A stretch of 32,000 nt of DNA, taken from positions 1,590,001-1,622,000 of the forward strand of contig NZ_CP089976.1 of the NCBI RefSeq assembly GCF_022701215.1, in the 5' to 3' direction. The notes beneath the pieces were generated by a model. The model was given only the letters and a program-made list of their open reading frames with translations, had not been told where the DNA came from and did not search any database. Of this stretch, positions 28,863 through 32,000 are shown in pieces (position 1 is the first letter of the stretch; every line of letters starts with the position of its first letter). The position numbers and the translations under genes are program-made. The stretch comes from Moraxella nasovis (GTDB lineage: Bacteria; Pseudomonadota; Gammaproteobacteria; Pseudomonadales; Moraxellaceae).

Positions 28863-28876
28863 GTTAAATGAGAAGA

Positions 28877-30400
28877 TTATTTGTGAGCTTGATTTTTAAG
28901 ACGCTCTTCCCAGAAAGTGGCGTTTTTGATACCAAATTTGCTAGGGTCAAAGGTGATTTTATCAACGCCAAGCTTACGCTGGTGTTCATAGTCGTTCAGT
29001 AGGCGTATGGTAGCACGAGAACCCATAAAGAACATGATTAAGATGCCGATAATGTTCAACCATGCAGTCATGCCAACACCCACATCACCCCATGCCCAGA
29101 TAGCCCCTGCACTGTTTAAAGCACCGTAGCCTGCCATGAATAAAATGACGATTTTGGCAAGCCACAACCCAAGTCTTTGAGCATCTTTGCCAATGAAGCG
29201 AGACAGGTACACGACGTTAATCTCAGCAATGTGATAATACGCCATCATAGTGGTAAAGGCAAAAAATACGACAGCGATGGCGATAAAGTATGTGCCAAAC
29301 GGTCCAAAGGTAGCTTCAAGTGCCATCTGTGTAAAGGCAGGTGTGCCAATCTCTACTGTTGCATCGATGTTTTGCACTAGGAACTGACCTTCAGGCAGGC
29401 CGCCTTGGATGTTATAAGTACCCATCGTAAGAATCATAAAGGCAGTTGCCGAGCAAACAAGCAAGGTATCTACATAAACAGAGAAGGCTTGCACTAAGCC
29501 TTGCTGAGCAGGGTGGTCAACTTCAGCAGCGCCTGAGTGGTGAGGGCCAGTACCCTGACCTGCTTCGTTAGAATAGACACCACGCTTGACACCCCAGCCA
29601 ATCGCTGCACCAAAGCCTGCCATTGGGTTAAAGATGTCGCTCATAATTAAGCTAAATACTTGTGGCACTTTATCAAGGTTCATAATCATCACAAGCAGTG
29701 CAAGTAAGATGTAGCCGACCGCCATAAAAGGCACGACCAATTCAGCAAAGGCTGCGATACGCTTAATACCACCGATGATGATGATACCTAGACCGATGAC
29801 GATGATTGCCATAATGCCGACACGCAAGCTACCCACTTCCATACCTGCAAAGTTCATCGGATTGCCTTCGCCTGTGATATGGGTGATGGCACTAACAACA
29901 CCGTTTGCCTGTACACCTGGCAAAAATACGCCACAAGAGATAATGGCGGCGATAGCGAATAATACAGCAAACCATTTTTGACCTAAGCCTTTTTCAAAAT
30001 AATAAGCAGGACCGCCACGGTACTGACCTGTTAGCGGATCACGCTCTTTATAGACTTGAGATAAGGTAGACTCAGCATAAGCGGTGGAAGCACCTAAGAA
30101 TGCCACAACCCACATCCAAAAGACAGCAGATGGACCACCAAAACCGATAGCTGCTGCTACACCTGCAATGTTACCCACACCAACACGGTTAGCAAGGGCG
30201 ACCACGAACGCTTGAAATGATGAGATACCGTCAGCACTTTTAACGTTGCTAAACATTAAACGCACCATTTCACCGAACAGGCGTACCTGCACGAAGCGAG
30301 TCATAATTGAATAAAATAAACCTGCACCTAAGCACAGGTAGATCAGAGCAGGGCTCCAGATGATCCCGTTCAGCCAATCTACTAATGCATTCATATCCAT
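28877..30400 (-). CDS. Alanine/glycine:cation (Na+) symporter, AGCS family
   Basis: GGPSAVFWMWVVAFLGASTAYAESTL and other AGCS-typical TM segments. The ORF track starts at a TTG (30442). ATG at 30400 (MDMNALVDWLNGIIW) has a GGAGAG SD 7 nt upstream. Confidence 0.92.
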   Translation of the reverse strand: MDMNALVDWLNGIIWSPALIYLCLGAGLFYSIMTRFVQVRLFGEMVRLMFSNVKSADGISSFQAFVVALANRVGVGNIAGVAAAIGFGGPSAVFWMWVVAFLGASTAYAESTLSQVYKERDPLTGQYRGGPAYYFEKGLGQKWFAVLFAIAAIISCGVFLPGVQANGVVSAITHITGEGNPMNFAGMEVGSLRVGIMAIIVIGLGIIIIGGIKRIAAFAELVVPFMAVGYILLALLVMIMNLDKVPQVFSLIMSDIFNPMAGFGAAIGWGVKRGVYSNEAGQGTGPHHSGAAEVDHPAQQGLVQAFSVYVDTLLVCSATAFMILTMGTYNIQGGLPEGQFLVQNIDATVEIGTPAFTQMALEATFGPFGTYFIAIAVVFFAFTTMMAYYHIAEINVVYLSRFIGKDAQRLGLWLAKIVILFMAGYGALNSAGAIWAWGDVGVGMTAWLNIIGILIMFFMGSRATIRLLNDYEHQRKLGVDKITFDPSKFGIKNATFWEERLKNQAHK

Positions 30401-30660
30401 GAATATACTCTCCGAGAGTAGGAATTGTTTTGTATTTGGCAAATAATTTATCTTAAAAATGACATCAGCATGCCAAACTCAAAAAAGCCAAATAAATAAA
30501 CAAAATAAGAAAATGATAAACAACCTGCTAAAAGCTGGTTTTAATTGCATAATTTGCCATATTTTTTTAACAAATACTAGTAAATTTTGTAAGAATTTTA
30601 CGAAATTTTACAAAAATAATGATTTGAGCAAGCACCAATCTAGTAAAATGCTTGAAAAGA

Positions 30661-30688
30661 GTGATTGATTATCCCATTAAGTTATAAT
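30661..30688 (+). promoter_or_regulatory. Candidate promoter of lemA
   Basis: Consensus TATAAT at 30683-30688, a weak -35 GTGATT (30661-30666) with 16-nt spacing, and an AAGGTG SD at 30708-30713. Confidence 0.4.
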
Positions 30689-30717
30689 TAAGTAAGATTT
30701 ATTTATTAAGGTGAAAT

Positions 30718-31359
30718 ATGATGACACATGTAAAACGCACCCAAGCTTTTGCAAAAAAAACCACCATCGCACTAATGTTGGCAGGTTCGCTATCATTAAC
30801 AGGCTGTGGCTATAACCAATTGCAAGCCCAAGATGAGCAAGTAACAGCATCATGGTCAGAAGTGGTGAATCAATACCAACGCCGTGCTGACCTTGTTCCA
30901 AATCTTGTAACAGTAGTGCAGCGTTATGCTGAGCATGAGCAAGCGGTGTTTACTGATGTCGCCAAAGCTCGTGCAGCCGCAGGCAGTGTCCAGATTACCC
31001 CAGAAGTACTAAACAATCCGCAAGCACTGCAGCAGTACCAAGAAGCCCAAGCCCAAATGACAGGCGCGTTATCACGTCTGATGGCAGTCTCTGAGCGTTA
31101 TCCAGAGCTAAAAGCAGATGCCATGTTCCAAGACTTGCAAGCACAGCTTGAAGGCACAGAAAACCGCATCACTGTCGCTCGTCAAAGATACATTCAAGAT
31201 GTTCAAGGCTATAATACAACCGTACGCCAATTCCCAACGAACCTTACGGCGATGGTTTTTGGCATGGATAAAAAAGCCAACTTCACCGTCCAAAATGAAG
31301 CTGAAGTATCAAGTGCTCCAAGCGTGAACTTTAATAACACATCATCATCTACCAACTAA
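30718..31359 (+). CDS. lemA: LemA family protein (here with a lipoprotein-type signal peptide)
   Basis: SWSEVVNQYQRRADLVPNLVTVVQRYAEHE is the LemA signature. The N-terminus ends in the lipobox LSLTGC. Start is ATG at 30718 or 30721. Confidence 0.9.
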   Translation: MMTHVKRTQAFAKKTTIALMLAGSLSLTGCGYNQLQAQDEQVTASWSEVVNQYQRRADLVPNLVTVVQRYAEHEQAVFTDVAKARAAAGSVQITPEVLNNPQALQQYQEAQAQMTGALSRLMAVSERYPELKADAMFQDLQAQLEGTENRITVARQRYIQDVQGYNTTVRQFPTNLTAMVFGMDKKANFTVQNEAEVSSAPSVNFNNTSSSTN

Positions 31360-31363
31360 GCTA

Positions 31364-32000
31364 ATGCAAGTCAATCATATGACAAAAAGTCGGCTAAGTG
31401 GTATGGGGCGAAGTCTTGGCTTGGTGCTTTTAAGCATGACCATGCTGACGCAGACAACTCATGCCACGATCACCCAGCATACAGATGCTGACCAAGATTT
31501 GACAGATTTGGCAGTCATCAGCACGATGACAAAGGCCAAGTCTGACGATCACACTTCCTTTGAGAGCATGGGGGAGGCAATGTCGCCTATGGGTGAGATT
31601 GTCTCGCAGATGCAAGATGATGATGTGGCAGTGGCAAAGTCTCAGCCTGTCAATCCTACATCATCAACAGCAGATGCTGTGTCTCATGATAAGCTTATCT
31701 TAAACGAGCCTGTTATCGATGTCGCCCACATTCTAAGCCCTACTGACAAGGCGCAGCTATCTGACCAGCTAAGGCAGATCCACCAAGATCGCTTGGCTCA
31801 AGCTGCTCTTGTTATCGTGCCGACCACTGATGGTATCCCAGTATTTGATTATGCGATGGCGGTGGCAGATCGCTGGCAGCTGGGTAATAAAGACGTGGAT
31901 AACGGACTTTTGATCTTAGTGTCTGTTAATGATCGCAACATGCACATTCTGACAGGTTATGGCCTAGAAGGTGTGCTGCCTGATGTCGTACTAAAGCGTA
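31364..32000 (+). CDS. TPM domain-containing (YgcG-like) protein, 3' end beyond the window
   Basis: Not in the ORF track (no stop in the window). My own translation is MQVNHMTKSRLSGMGRSLGLVLLSMTMLTQTTHA (signal peptide), then LAQAALVIVPTTDGIPVFDYAMAVADRWQLGNKDVDNGLLILVSVNDRNMHILTGYGLEGVLPD, a TPM-domain pattern. Start is ATG at 31364 or 31379. Confidence 0.82.
   Translation, partial: MQVNHMTKSRLSGMGRSLGLVLLSMTMLTQTTHATITQHTDADQDLTDLAVISTMTKAKSDDHTSFESMGEAMSPMGEIVSQMQDDDVAVAKSQPVNPTSSTADAVSHDKLILNEPVIDVAHILSPTDKAQLSDQLRQIHQDRLAQAALVIVPTTDGIPVFDYAMAVADRWQLGNKDVDNGLLILVSVNDRNMHILTGYGLEGVLPDVVLKR

Noticed and set aside
30459-30668. 69-aa Lys/Asn-rich plus-strand ORF in the symporter/lemA spacer
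   Set aside because: Its composition simply mirrors AT-rich promoter DNA. It has no SD and overlaps the likely promoters of both flanking genes.
30401-30717. Possible glycine riboswitch upstream of the alanine/glycine:cation symporter
   Set aside because: AGCS transporter genes are sometimes riboswitch-controlled. This leader is extremely AT-rich and lacks the G/C-rich conserved cores of the glycine riboswitch, and I saw no convincing structure.

Overview
This window is a housekeeping, core-genome stretch of an AT-leaning gammaproteobacterium. Gene order (pyrG-kdsA-eno-ftsB-ispD, ppiB-lpxH), a comEC gene, a general porin ending in YKF and very AT-rich intergenic DNA suggest Moraxellaceae (Moraxella/Psychrobacter-like); that taxon call is inference only. 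I can support 28 protein-coding genes, one tRNA-Leu(UAG), several Rho-independent terminators and a few sigma70-like promoters or operators. Two genes are cut by the window edges: ilvA on the left and a TPM-domain gene on the right. Order, left to right: ilvA(-), small Cys-rich ORF(-), yebC(-), Kv-type K+ channel(+), rhomboid protease(+), lpxH(-), ppiB(-); then glnS, ispH, recJ, pyrG, kdsA, eno, ftsB, ispD, comEC, sppA (all +); then small RHH protein(-), tRNA-Leu(-), folP(-), hflX(+), cidA/lrgA-like and lrgB-like(+), miaE(-), porin(+), dsbD(+), alanine/glycine:cation symporter(-), lemA(+), TPM-domain gene(+). I saw no rRNA, CRISPR array, transposase, integrase, phage gene or recognisable defence gene, and no convincing evidence of a new multi-gene system. 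Seven items are unexplained and worth a second look. (1) About 400 bp of non-coding DNA between two convergent terminators (28.44-28.83 kb) carries an iteron-like direct repeat. (2) An orphan ribbon-helix-helix gene sits directly downstream of tRNA-Leu, with a consensus extended -10 and two palindromic TAAATTTA sites. (3) An AT-rich orphan gene for a CxxC...CxxC mini-protein lies between ilvA and yebC. (4) A 586-bp AT-rich control region and long leader precede the porin gene. (5) A Kv-type channel has a zinc-ribbon tail and is paired with a rhomboid protease. (6) comEC has a degenerate C-terminal metallo-beta-lactamase domain and is fused to the ispD operon. (7) A lipoprotein-type LemA plus TPM module runs off the right edge. 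All coordinates were derived by hand from the printed sequence. Start codons are the least certain part of each call.
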